Below, piece after piece: positions 1 through 8,594 of a stretch of 64,000 bases of DNA. Below the pieces are notes generated by a model. It had not been told where the DNA came from. It worked only from the letters and a program-made list of their open reading frames with translations, and did no database searches. The stretch spans positions 1 through 64,000 of the IMG/VR virus record IMGVR_UViG_3300023179_005195; one strand, given 5' to 3'. The translations under genes and the position numbers were made by a program. Within the stretch, counting starts at the first letter, position 1. Each line of letters opens with the position of its first letter. The DNA comes from an uncultured virus (IMG/VR IMGVR_UViG_3300023179_005195) (taxonomy: Duplodnaviria > Heunggongvirae > Uroviricota > Caudoviricetes).

Positions 1-1640
1 TTTACTTGTCCGTTTTTGAACATCATTTCATATCGTTGTTTCTTACCATTGCCTTGTAGAGCAGGGTCATACAATGGTCCCGACCATCCGCCAACGCCTT
101 CCGCCACACCTTGCTCTGGTTTTTTCTTTTCAGGTTTCTTAACAGGCTTGGCCACGTCCTTATCACTAACTGGATAATCTCTTAAATGACGAGTAGTAGC
201 ATTAGGTTTCTTCACTGCCTCTCCCACGCTTTCTGAGGGCCTAGCTCCTGTAGGATAAACTTCTACTTCTTTGCCTTTCATTTTAAGACTTCTAGCAATA
301 TTCATAGCTTGCCTTTGATCGGCAAACACTTTCCAAGGCCTACCATTTATGCTTACCTGGTAGTTATTTCTTTCATGTTCAACTCCAGCATTGCGTTCTC
401 TATTGCGAAAATCGTCGTCTCTTTCTAGTCTGCCTCCGAGGCTAAACTGATCGTCATAGCCACCTTCTGTGAACTTACCACCCTGGCCGAATATCTGTCC
501 GAACTGTTGATCACCCATTTTTGCCAGTAATTGATCACGCTGTTGTTTGCTCAATACAATTTGACTACCATCTACCTTAAAGCCCATTGAGCGTAGTTTA
601 GGACCTAGTTCTGTTTTCTTAAGTTGGTAGGTAAATGTTTTAGGTTGTTCTACAGCATGACCTCCCATTTGACTACTTGGCTTTCCTGGTATAGGCACAC
701 GACGACGCTTGCCATCTGGACCAACAACAAAATGATCTACACCTTTAGGTTTGGTCTCTGGTTCGGAACCTACTTCTGGTTCTTCATAGTTCTTAAATCT
801 TTCGTCCGCACCACTTCGAATTAGATCATTTAGTTCCCTCACCTCATCTTCTATGTCTGTTTCAAAAGCAGAATTTTTAAATACGAACTCGGCCTTTTCT
901 CCGCCGATAAAATCTACATCTGCTAGTGCTTTGTCTAATTCTGCTAGAGCCTGGCTGGCACTAGTCATTAGAAAATTAACTTTTAGAGGACGCTCTTTGC
1001 GACCTTCTTTATCCTTAATACCTACCTTGCTGGCACGGGCCTGCACTTCTGCTGGAAATGTCCCAAAGTCTCCTACTACACGAACAGATTCTGTTCTGTC
1101 TCTTAATAATATTATATAAAGTGTTCCGCTGGGTTTTTCTAATTCTGATAGAGCTTGCTCACCAATATGACCGTCCATGTCTACATCGTGATTGAGATTT
1201 TTGTAGACAGCATTGATATAGTCTGCTGCCTTTGTGATCTTAGCCTGTTGCCAACCTTCTAGACCCTGCTCTTCACTGGCACGCATTAGAATTTTATGTA
1301 GTTCTGCAGCCTGTTTGGCCAACTGGTATGTATCACTCTGCGCCATTTCCACTTCATGATCTGTATGTTGCTCATAGAAAGGCTTGCGATGTTTTTCTTT
1401 GCCCTGTTTTTGATCTCGCTTTTTATCTTTGTGTGCGCCTGCACCTGTCTGTGGGCGTAGGGGACCTTGACGTGGCTTTTGAGGCACCTTGTCATCTTTG
1501 GCTTCTTGTTGACGCTTGATAGTCTTGCCTATAGTGCCCATCGATGTGGCAATATTTGCAGAACCTGTGGCACCTGCGGTCATAGTTTCTAGAACGAAAC
1601 GAGTTAAAGTGGGTGTAGTTATTTTCTTATATTCGCTCAT
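1..1640 (-). CDS. Large multi-segment protein, truncated by the window edge; probable head internal polyprotein
   Basis: Missing from the ORF track. Hand translation from ATG 1640 (MSEYKKITTPTLTRFVLE...) is open to position 1 and contains Glu-ended linkers such as ALSE, SVGE and QGVAEG. Confidence 0.75.
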   Translation of the reverse strand, partial: MSEYKKITTPTLTRFVLETMTAGATGSANIATSMGTIGKTIKRQQEAKDDKVPQKPRQGPLRPQTGAGAHKDKKRDQKQGKEKHRKPFYEQHTDHEVEMAQSDTYQLAKQAAELHKILMRASEEQGLEGWQQAKITKAADYINAVYKNLNHDVDMDGHIGEQALSELEKPSGTLYIILLRDRTESVRVVGDFGTFPAEVQARASKVGIKDKEGRKERPLKVNFLMTSASQALAELDKALADVDFIGGEKAEFVFKNSAFETDIEDEVRELNDLIRSGADERFKNYEEPEVGSEPETKPKGVDHFVVGPDGKRRRVPIPGKPSSQMGGHAVEQPKTFTYQLKKTELGPKLRSMGFKVDGSQIVLSKQQRDQLLAKMGDQQFGQIFGQGGKFTEGGYDDQFSLGGRLERDDDFRNRERNAGVEHERNNYQVSINGRPWKVFADQRQAMNIARSLKMKGKEVEVYPTGARPSESVGEAVKKPNATTRHLRDYPVSDKDVAKPVKKPEKKKPEQGVAEGVGGWSGPLYDPALQGNGKKQRYEMMFKNGQV

Positions 1641-2017
1641 GATTTATTCCAATTTGGTATAGGGCTTACGGTGTTTGTATCTTTAGGTTCTTTACTTTTA
1701 TCATCAGCAATACGTGTACCTTTGACTCCCATTAATTTATCTGCCATGGAAACAACATCTGCATCTTCTGGAGTATATCCTACTATGGTTAAATTTTCAG
1801 CCCATGGACTTTCTTGTTTAAATTCTATTTCACCACTTTTATCTGCCCTTGCTGCTGCCACAGCAAGTGCATATCTATATTGCATATATGGATCAGTATT
1901 TCTTAATTGTCTTTGTACCCATACACCAGGAAGTGCCGCATCTGCGTCTGCTGATAAACTTGTAAATTTACCATGTGTTTTAGCAGATCTTTCCTGCAAA
2001 AATTCCTTTGCTCTCAT
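1637..2017 (-). CDS. Hypothetical protein, paralog of 2017..2358
   Basis: Start moved to MRAKEFLQE; shares Y-x-x-YR and TNTVSP motifs with its neighbour. Confidence 0.75.
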   Translation of the reverse strand: MRAKEFLQERSAKTHGKFTSLSADADAALPGVWVQRQLRNTDPYMQYRYALAVAAARADKSGEIEFKQESPWAENLTIVGYTPEDADVVSMADKLMGVKGTRIADDKSKEPKDTNTVSPIPNWNKS

Positions 2018-2358
2018 TATCTCATCCATTGTGCTACGGGGCTAACTGTGTTTGTTGAAGGCAGTTCTTCACTCTTACCTTTTTTTATAATTACCTTACC
2101 GGTCGCACCTTGATTTTTAAGTGCTTTTTCTACCTTTTGTGCATCTGCATCGGAATATGGCCAAATAGTAGGGGAATCTTTGGCTGGACCTTCTTTCGGA
2201 GTTCCGTCTTCAGGAGCTCCTGCCATGGCCAATCCTAATCTGTAAAAATCATAATATTGATCAGATCCATCTAATCTTAGCGCATATGGTAGAGATAATC
2301 TCGATGCCATACGAATTTTCTTTTCTTTATCTTCGTTTATAAATTCTTTAGCTCTCAT
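2017..2358 (-). CDS. Hypothetical protein, paralog of 1637..2017
   Basis: Start moved to MRAKEFINE (ATGA overlap with the dps stop); ends TNTVSPVAQW. Confidence 0.75.
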   Translation of the reverse strand: MRAKEFINEDKEKKIRMASRLSLPYALRLDGSDQYYDFYRLGLAMAGAPEDGTPKEGPAKDSPTIWPYSDADAQKVEKALKNQGATGKVIIKKGKSEELPSTNTVSPVAQWMR

Positions 2359-2792
2359 CTTTTCATTGATGCTCTTAACATCCATCCATGTTTACGATGA
2401 GCGTCCATACGTCCTGCTATAAAATCACTAAATCCATGTTCATGTTCAGCTTCACTGGCATCGAACACCTGTTTGAAAATAATTAACATTCGTTCGTTAT
2501 CTTTCATAAGTTCAGATACCATTTGATCTTTAGGAAGTATTTGATCTTCATCTTCTATTTTACTCAACATACTGTAACGTGTATAACTGCCTGGCATGTA
2601 AGACCCTAAGCTGCGAATTTTTTCTGCAAAATCATCTATACTTCCATATACTTCTTCATAAATTTTACCGAATAAGTCGTGATATTGTAAGAAATCTTCA
2701 CCCTCTACGTTCCAATGAAATTGGTGTGCTTTTAAGTAAAAACTGAATTCACTGGCAAAAGCAATTTTAGCTATTTCTATTAGTTGTTTCAT
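2355..2792 (-). CDS. dps: Dps-family ferritin-like DNA protection protein
   Basis: HQFHWNVEG, H..F..IYEE and D..AEKIR ferroxidase motifs; C-terminal H.KH.WML. Confidence 0.92.
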   Translation of the reverse strand: MKQLIEIAKIAFASEFSFYLKAHQFHWNVEGEDFLQYHDLFGKIYEEVYGSIDDFAEKIRSLGSYMPGSYTRYSMLSKIEDEDQILPKDQMVSELMKDNERMLIIFKQVFDASEAEHEHGFSDFIAGRMDAHRKHGWMLRASMKR

Positions 2793-2802
2793 AATAATAT
2801 AT

Positions 2803-4962
2803 TTATTTTTGTTCGTTAATTAAAATTGTGTCTAATAAACTCTTGTAGATACTGGCTACATCCTCACTGAGTGGTACAAATTTATCTTCTTTAACCGCAC
2901 CCGGAAATACAGGTGCTAGTCCTTGTCCACTGCCCGGTTTATATCCTGGCGCCATAGGTGCTAGACCTGGTTTCATATTAGATTTCGCACTACCATCACT
3001 ATTCCATACTGCGTCAGGCCACCTAGACATAAAGTCTGCTTTCCATGTCTTATAGGCTTTTAACTGTTGAGCATATTCGTCGTCTGGTAAATCTTGACTA
3101 GGTGCCTTAAATTTGCCGTCTGGAGTAACAGGAATACCATACTCTAATTTCTGTCCCATGCTGTCTTTTGTAACAGGACCGGGTGCTGTGTAGTCTATTT
3201 TTTGTTGCTGTGCTATAGGAGCCGGAGCACGATAACTATCTGGGTCATCTATGTTTACTCTAGCATCTGATTTACCTGGCGCCATAGCCGCAGCAGCCGC
3301 TAATCCAAGTCCTGCTAGTTTAGATTTCCAACCTTCTTCTACACCTTCAGCAAATCCAGATACACGAGATTTGATATCACCTACAGTATAATATCCTTTT
3401 TTATCTTTGTCGAATACTGAATTTTGAGCATATAATTTTCCTTGGTTCAGACCAAACAAAGGTTTGTCACCATTCTTTACACCAATTACAAAGTCATCTG
3501 GTTTGCCCACTGCTGCCGGCATGAATGTAAACATATATAGGTCACCTATGTCTTTGGCCTTGCCTGCTATAGGTTTAAAATAACGCTCTACATAATCTAA
3601 TTGGTCTAATGCACTCATGGTGCGGAGTTCGTCTGTTGAAGTTCCTAGACTCTGCGCTGTGCGTGGCATAAACTGTATTAGTCCTGTAGCACCTGATTGC
3701 TGATTCACTGCTGCTGGATTCATACGTGATTCATGTTTCATTACACCTAATAAATCATTTGCGTTAATCTGTAGATTGTCTGCAACCTGTTTTAGTTTTT
3801 CCATGAATCCAGGTTCTTGTAAGGCATTAGACTTTTGCGGTATTGATGCTTTAGGTTTGTCTAAAGGTGCTACCTGTGCCTGTGCTCTTGCTCTTGTATC
3901 TGGCCTGATATTTGTGTTAGGACCGGATCTTACTGAACCTTTAGGATCACTGCCTTGACTAGGAACATTTAGTGTAGCGCCTGCTTGTATACGATTAGCA
4001 TCTTTTATTTGTGGATTGGCCTTCATTAGAGCATCTACCGTTGTGCCAAATTTCTTAGCCAAAGTGGATAAATTATCTCCGGGGGCAATTTTGTATGAAT
4101 CTTCTTCTATACTTTCTTGAGCATCACCTACAAGATCACCTGCTCTGGCAGGTCTTTTCATTTTACCTTTTAAATGAGCAGCAGCGCCAAGTTTGTTTTT
4201 TGGATAGCCTGCAAATGTGCTAGGTGGTAGCATACGTTCTTTTACGCCACGCTTACCAGCAGGAACCATGCTCATACGCTGTTTAGCCTTGAGCATGAGA
4301 TCCATGACTTCTTCATCACTTAAATTATCTGGCATGTCTCTGCGCCATATGGCAAATTGTTCTTGTTCACTCTTTGAGGGATCCATTAGGACCTGCCGCA
4401 TAGGTGTGGCTCTAGGTCCTTCTTGATATTCTGGACTGCCTCTCATACTGCTGGGTTCTGTAGTATCTTGCCTACTGATAATTTCTAATTGATCTATTCC
4501 TGCTTCTTTATATGGTGGAACGCCTGTTGATTTAGCAGGACGAGTTAGATATCCCATTGAGTCTTTTTGGTCTTCACCTACAACCAATATGACTTTATTA
4601 AATCCTTCACGGGCAATTTTTGCCATGACCTGTTCTAACTTAGTAGCATCTGCCGTGGCCACACTGAATACTTCTGCATTTTGTGGGAATACCTTGCGAT
4701 AAGTATTGAGTTTTTCGTCTGGTGTAAGAGGATCATCTTTGGTCTTGGTAAATGTGGGTTTATCTGCCCAGGGTTGACCTGTGCTAGGATCTACTAGACT
4801 AGTTCTACTGACCACAAAGAAAGGTTTAGCTTGATTTTCTTGAGCATGATGCAGTACAGCTTTGGCCAATAGCATATGACCTTTGTGTCCCATACCTCTA
4901 CCCCATCCTAACACTGCGGTTTTAGGTGTTGACGTATTTTCAAATAATTGTCTTAATAACAT
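2803..4962 (-). CDS. Fusion of HIGH-superfamily (cytidylyltransferase-like) nucleotidyltransferase, LysM, SLT lytic transglycosylase and an unknown C-terminal segment
   Basis: GRGMGHKGH (HxGH); YKIAPGDNLSTLAKKFGTTVDALMKANP (LysM); MKHESRMNPAAVN..SGATGLIQFMP (SLT). Confidence 0.85.
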   Translation of the reverse strand: MLLRQLFENTSTPKTAVLGWGRGMGHKGHMLLAKAVLHHAQENQAKPFFVVSRTSLVDPSTGQPWADKPTFTKTKDDPLTPDEKLNTYRKVFPQNAEVFSVATADATKLEQVMAKIAREGFNKVILVVGEDQKDSMGYLTRPAKSTGVPPYKEAGIDQLEIISRQDTTEPSSMRGSPEYQEGPRATPMRQVLMDPSKSEQEQFAIWRRDMPDNLSDEEVMDLMLKAKQRMSMVPAGKRGVKERMLPPSTFAGYPKNKLGAAAHLKGKMKRPARAGDLVGDAQESIEEDSYKIAPGDNLSTLAKKFGTTVDALMKANPQIKDANRIQAGATLNVPSQGSDPKGSVRSGPNTNIRPDTRARAQAQVAPLDKPKASIPQKSNALQEPGFMEKLKQVADNLQINANDLLGVMKHESRMNPAAVNQQSGATGLIQFMPRTAQSLGTSTDELRTMSALDQLDYVERYFKPIAGKAKDIGDLYMFTFMPAAVGKPDDFVIGVKNGDKPLFGLNQGKLYAQNSVFDKDKKGYYTVGDIKSRVSGFAEGVEEGWKSKLAGLGLAAAAAMAPGKSDARVNIDDPDSYRAPAPIAQQQKIDYTAPGPVTKDSMGQKLEYGIPVTPDGKFKAPSQDLPDDEYAQQLKAYKTWKADFMSRWPDAVWNSDGSAKSNMKPGLAPMAPGYKPGSGQGLAPVFPGAVKEDKFVPLSEDVASIYKSLLDTILINEQK

Positions 4963-4963
4963 A

Positions 4964-6094
4964 TTAGTCTTTCCTTGGTGCCCATGTTGCTTGATCTATG
5001 GCCTTGACAAATTGCCCAGGTAGATCACTCTTGAATTTGCCACCTGGATGTGCTTGAACATAACCTTCTGGTTTAGTCTGTCTAATACCTGCATGTGTTC
5101 CTGAACTTAGTTTAGTGATTAGATCTGTTTTAGCCTTGCTCAATAACTCTACAGCATCTAGCACAGTTTCTAGACCAGGATCGTTTAGAACCTTTGCAGC
5201 TTGCGATTGGCTGAGATTTTGTGCTGCCCAAGCCTTAAACTTTTGTTTTGTTCCTTCTATGCGCAGATTTTGGTTATAGAATTTGTAAAGTATATCACCT
5301 ACCTTACTTAATCCTGGTTTGGGTGCTAGGAATTGATCTATGCGTTGACCGTTCTTTTCAATAAAACCTTCTGCTTGATCTACTAATGTATCATCTATGC
5401 CAGGTGCCTGTGCCACATAGGTAGTGCCTTGAACAATTACGTCTGGTGTAGATAGTTTTTCTGCATCTGGAAAACGTCCTTCATCTGAACTGCCTAGACT
5501 ATCATAATAACCTGTAACAGCTACCATAAGTTTGGCCTTGGAAATACGCTGTCCTAGCTCACTGTCTTTATGAATATGGAAGCTGGTAATGTTTGGAGTA
5601 AAGTCATACTCCATAGTTTTAGAATTTAGTTGAGCAGGTTTTTCTGGACTGAACAGTATACCACCTTCTACATAACCTCGAGGTGGACTGGCTTTTTCAA
5701 AGTAGGGCCATAATTCTGCCATGCTGTTGGCAAAGGCCTGTCGCTGTTTTTCTTGACCGGGTTCTACTTTGCCTGTGCCCAACACAAACTTTTTAATGTC
5801 ATCTGGACTATACATCGCAGTAGGAACACCTGGGGCAACTTCTGATTTGCCACGCTTGAGATATTCCCAGGCATTTTTAGGAATCATTGAAAAGCGACCT
5901 TGTTCATCACGCCCCCAGTAGACAACAGGGCTACCGTCCCACTTAATTTCAACAGTGCCACCAGTTGATGCCATGCTGCGCAGGCGTTCTGCGGCATGAA
6001 GTCCACCTTGACTACCATTGGTAAACACAAGGTCTTCTATGTGTTGATATTTGCGACCAACTGCTGCCGCTTCTAGTAGTTCCCTAATTCTCAT
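4964..6094 (-). CDS. DUF6267-like protein with ligase/capping-type nucleotidyltransferase motifs
   Basis: HIEDLVF, KWDGSP (KxDG motif I), YVEGG, PEGYV and FVK resemble covalent nucleotidyltransferase motifs. Confidence 0.65.
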   Translation of the reverse strand: MRIRELLEAAAVGRKYQHIEDLVFTNGSQGGLHAAERLRSMASTGGTVEIKWDGSPVVYWGRDEQGRFSMIPKNAWEYLKRGKSEVAPGVPTAMYSPDDIKKFVLGTGKVEPGQEKQRQAFANSMAELWPYFEKASPPRGYVEGGILFSPEKPAQLNSKTMEYDFTPNITSFHIHKDSELGQRISKAKLMVAVTGYYDSLGSSDEGRFPDAEKLSTPDVIVQGTTYVAQAPGIDDTLVDQAEGFIEKNGQRIDQFLAPKPGLSKVGDILYKFYNQNLRIEGTKQKFKAWAAQNLSQSQAAKVLNDPGLETVLDAVELLSKAKTDLITKLSSGTHAGIRQTKPEGYVQAHPGGKFKSDLPGQFVKAIDQATWAPRKD

Positions 6095-6984
6095 ATTAGA
6101 TCCAGGACGATCCTAAACCATTGAGGTGTGCCCACAGCATGACTTTCTTTTAGTCTATACTGTGTGTTATATTTTTCCAGTCCAGCATTGACATTTTGTA
6201 CAACATCATTATAGTGATTAGGATGTGTCTGTTTAAATTTAGCCAGTATGGCATTAATGTTGTCTAGATCGCTGGCCTTGCCACCGAATAGGATATTGGC
6301 TACTTCATTAGGATCTTTGCTAACTACCTGTTTGGTAGCACGGTCAAATAGGCCATTCTTAAAACTCCAACTAAGGCCCTGTGGATGTTCTGGACTGATT
6401 AACTTACTACCTATGGCCGCTAGCAGAATATGACGAAAGGCACCTTTGGCACGACTGTCTTTTGGTGTGCCAGGTTCATTAGGTTCACCACGTTTGCTCC
6501 ATACTGAAAACTTACCTTCTCCAGGTTCTGCTATGTCCAGGTCTACTTGTAGCCATTCTTCTGTGCCTGGTATTTGCACACAGGCTGTGAGTCCATCTCC
6601 GGATATCTTATAGAATCTTCCTGGTTGGTCTACTGTGGCTTTCTTTTCAAGAAATTCATAACCTGCTGTCTGTAGTTTTTTGGCTAAAAATTCTCTAAAT
6701 TGATTCTGCACATCTTTAGGTTTGGCACCTTTATCTACAGGTATAAATTCTACAGGATCTAACAGTGTGTCTGCGTCACCTGTTTCTGCACCAGGATATA
6801 TAGCACTGCCTGTTTTATATTTAGGTTTGTTTTCTAGATCGTTGGCCAGTAAGTCTATGCCTATTTCTTTGCTCAATGCACCTAAGACTGCATCTACTTC
6901 TTCCGTAGACGCTGACTGTTTAGTGGCATTGCTACCATCTGCAAGTTTAAATTCATTGCCACCTTCTGCTAGAAACATAATCAC
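6091..6984 (-). CDS. Pol-beta-superfamily nucleotidyltransferase-like protein
   Basis: TGSAIYPGAETGDADTLLD (GS..DxD) plus a downstream QVDL carboxylate. Confidence 0.65.
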   Translation of the reverse strand: MIMFLAEGGNEFKLADGSNATKQSASTEEVDAVLGALSKEIGIDLLANDLENKPKYKTGSAIYPGAETGDADTLLDPVEFIPVDKGAKPKDVQNQFREFLAKKLQTAGYEFLEKKATVDQPGRFYKISGDGLTACVQIPGTEEWLQVDLDIAEPGEGKFSVWSKRGEPNEPGTPKDSRAKGAFRHILLAAIGSKLISPEHPQGLSWSFKNGLFDRATKQVVSKDPNEVANILFGGKASDLDNINAILAKFKQTHPNHYNDVVQNVNAGLEKYNTQYRLKESHAVGTPQWFRIVLDLI

Positions 6985-7337
6985 CCCAGCCTATATTTGC
7001 CCGCACGAACGTCTTCATAGTAGTGATCGTATAGACGTTGACAAAGCTCCTCTCTCATTTCTTGAGGAAATAATTTACTTAATCTACCCTCCATTTTTTG
7101 ATTATGATAATATTCTTTACAGCCCTTAATAACCATAGGCATAAAAATTTCTATTATTTTTTTATCTGTGTTTTCTTTTAAATGTTTTAATTTTTTTGCA
7201 ATTGGAAAAAAATAATCTTTATGCAGCTTGTCATGATCTAAAATATAATGAAACAAATCATCTTTATATGTAGACGATTCGTGGTTTTCTTTTCTATGTA
7301 AATTTATAGGATTATTAAAAAATTCGTTAAGTAACAT
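6981..7337 (-). CDS. Hypothetical protein
   Basis: Co-oriented ORF overlapping the next start; N-terminus MLLNEFF. Confidence 0.75.
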   Translation of the reverse strand: MLLNEFFNNPINLHRKENHESSTYKDDLFHYILDHDKLHKDYFFPIAKKLKHLKENTDKKIIEIFMPMVIKGCKEYYHNQKMEGRLSKLFPQEMREELCQRLYDHYYEDVRAGKYRLG

Positions 7338-7340
7338 GAT

Positions 7341-7832
7341 TTATTCCCATGCCCTACATGACCAATAACGTGCTTTCCAACGTGGTCCGGGATTTTTGCA
7401 ATTATGACGAGCTCTAAAACTCTTTCGGCGTTTTGGATTAGACTTTTTAATTTTCATTTTCTTGTCGCCGAAATTTACCTTGACTACCCTACCACTTGGT
7501 CCCTTAACATAGACTTTAGACTTTTTGACATCCCCCGCCATAGGCTTACCTAAAGGGACATTACGACCTTGATATTCTGCTTCAGATAAGTCACTAATAT
7601 CACCACCGCCTTCCATAACTGCCAGTTCCATACTGGTAAACTTTGTGATAGATTCATTAAAAGGTTCATATTTTAGATAAGAAAGAATAACAGAGTCTCC
7701 TTGTATTACTACGCCGTCGTTCATAAATCCTACTATGGTAGATTCAATAAGTAGTCCATTATCACATTCTATAGCTAGAACATCGCCGGTTCTTAAATTG
7801 TTATCTTCTGTTAAAATATCTATTATTCTCAT
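7341..7832 (-). CDS. Hypothetical protein with a basic, conserved-looking C-terminal domain
   Basis: VNFGD...RRKSFRARHNC...ARYWSC after an LSE|AEY junction; N-terminus MRIIDILTE. Confidence 0.75.
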   Translation of the reverse strand: MRIIDILTEDNNLRTGDVLAIECDNGLLIESTIVGFMNDGVVIQGDSVILSYLKYEPFNESITKFTSMELAVMEGGGDISDLSEAEYQGRNVPLGKPMAGDVKKSKVYVKGPSGRVVKVNFGDKKMKIKKSNPKRRKSFRARHNCKNPGPRWKARYWSCRAWE

Positions 7833-7852
7833 AATAATTTTTCCTAATATAC

Positions 7853-7858
7853 TATTTA
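7853..7858 (-). promoter_or_regulatory. T4-late-like promoter core TAAATA
   Basis: Sits in the 32-nt gap upstream of the 7832 start and heads the left operon. Confidence 0.55.
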
Positions 7859-7864
7859 ATGAAA

Positions 7865-8593
7865 TTATAGCCCATATGTGGATCTATAGACGTTGAAATT
7901 TTGAGCGACTTCTATTGGATTTAAGGCTCTATTATAAATCATAACCTGAGCTATGTTACCATCCCACCTTTCATAGTTTGCAGGATCGGTATAAACTTGT
8001 CTACCAACATTGGCTGTTTCCGCCACTGTGCTCCATGATCTTGAAACTGGACCTATTACTAGTTCGCCATTTACATATATACTGGCATAACTTCCATCAT
8101 ATACTCCGGTAAGATTGAACCAGGTATTTAATGGCACTATAGTATCTGAAAAAATAGCACTGGCACCAAACCCACCAAAATAAAATTCTCTATTTTTAAT
8201 TCCTATGTATCTAGCCTGATTTTCCACAGCTCTTCCATAACTTACAATTATTCTAAAAGAACTAGGTGATTTTGGCCCAGGAGTAATTATATTTGTTTTT
8301 GCCCAGGCAGATAAAGTAGAGGGTGAACTTACATAGGGAAAGTTTGTTGAACCTATAGGAGCTATATCATCAAACCCATCGAATAAAAAACTGCCACCAT
8401 TTAATGAGTTGTATACAGGACCATTAGTTAGTATAGCATGATTTCCTTGCCCGCTGATATCGTTCCAAACATTACCAGTTCCTGAATAGCTAGATAAGTT
8501 ATTCGCATTTAGATAAAAAACTAACCCCGATGCGACTACGTTAGAAGTTTTTCCTCTACCAAATTCTTTTGTGGCAACGAATCTACTATACAC
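7865..8593 (-). CDS. LamG/concanavalin A-like domain virion protein
   Basis: GLVFYLNA..SYSGTG..WNDISG, WFNLTGVYDG...IYVNG, GNIAQVMIYNRAL...EVAQNFN. Confidence 0.85.
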   Translation of the reverse strand: MYSRFVATKEFGRGKTSNVVASGLVFYLNANNLSSYSGTGNVWNDISGQGNHAILTNGPVYNSLNGGSFLFDGFDDIAPIGSTNFPYVSSPSTLSAWAKTNIITPGPKSPSSFRIIVSYGRAVENQARYIGIKNREFYFGGFGASAIFSDTIVPLNTWFNLTGVYDGSYASIYVNGELVIGPVSRSWSTVAETANVGRQVYTDPANYERWDGNIAQVMIYNRALNPIEVAQNFNVYRSTYGL

Positions 8594-8594
8594 A

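Noticed and set aside
624..1519. ORF-track entries 624..824, 853..1119, 1286..1495 and 1328..1519
   Set aside because: They are shadows of the long minus-strand ORF 1..1640.
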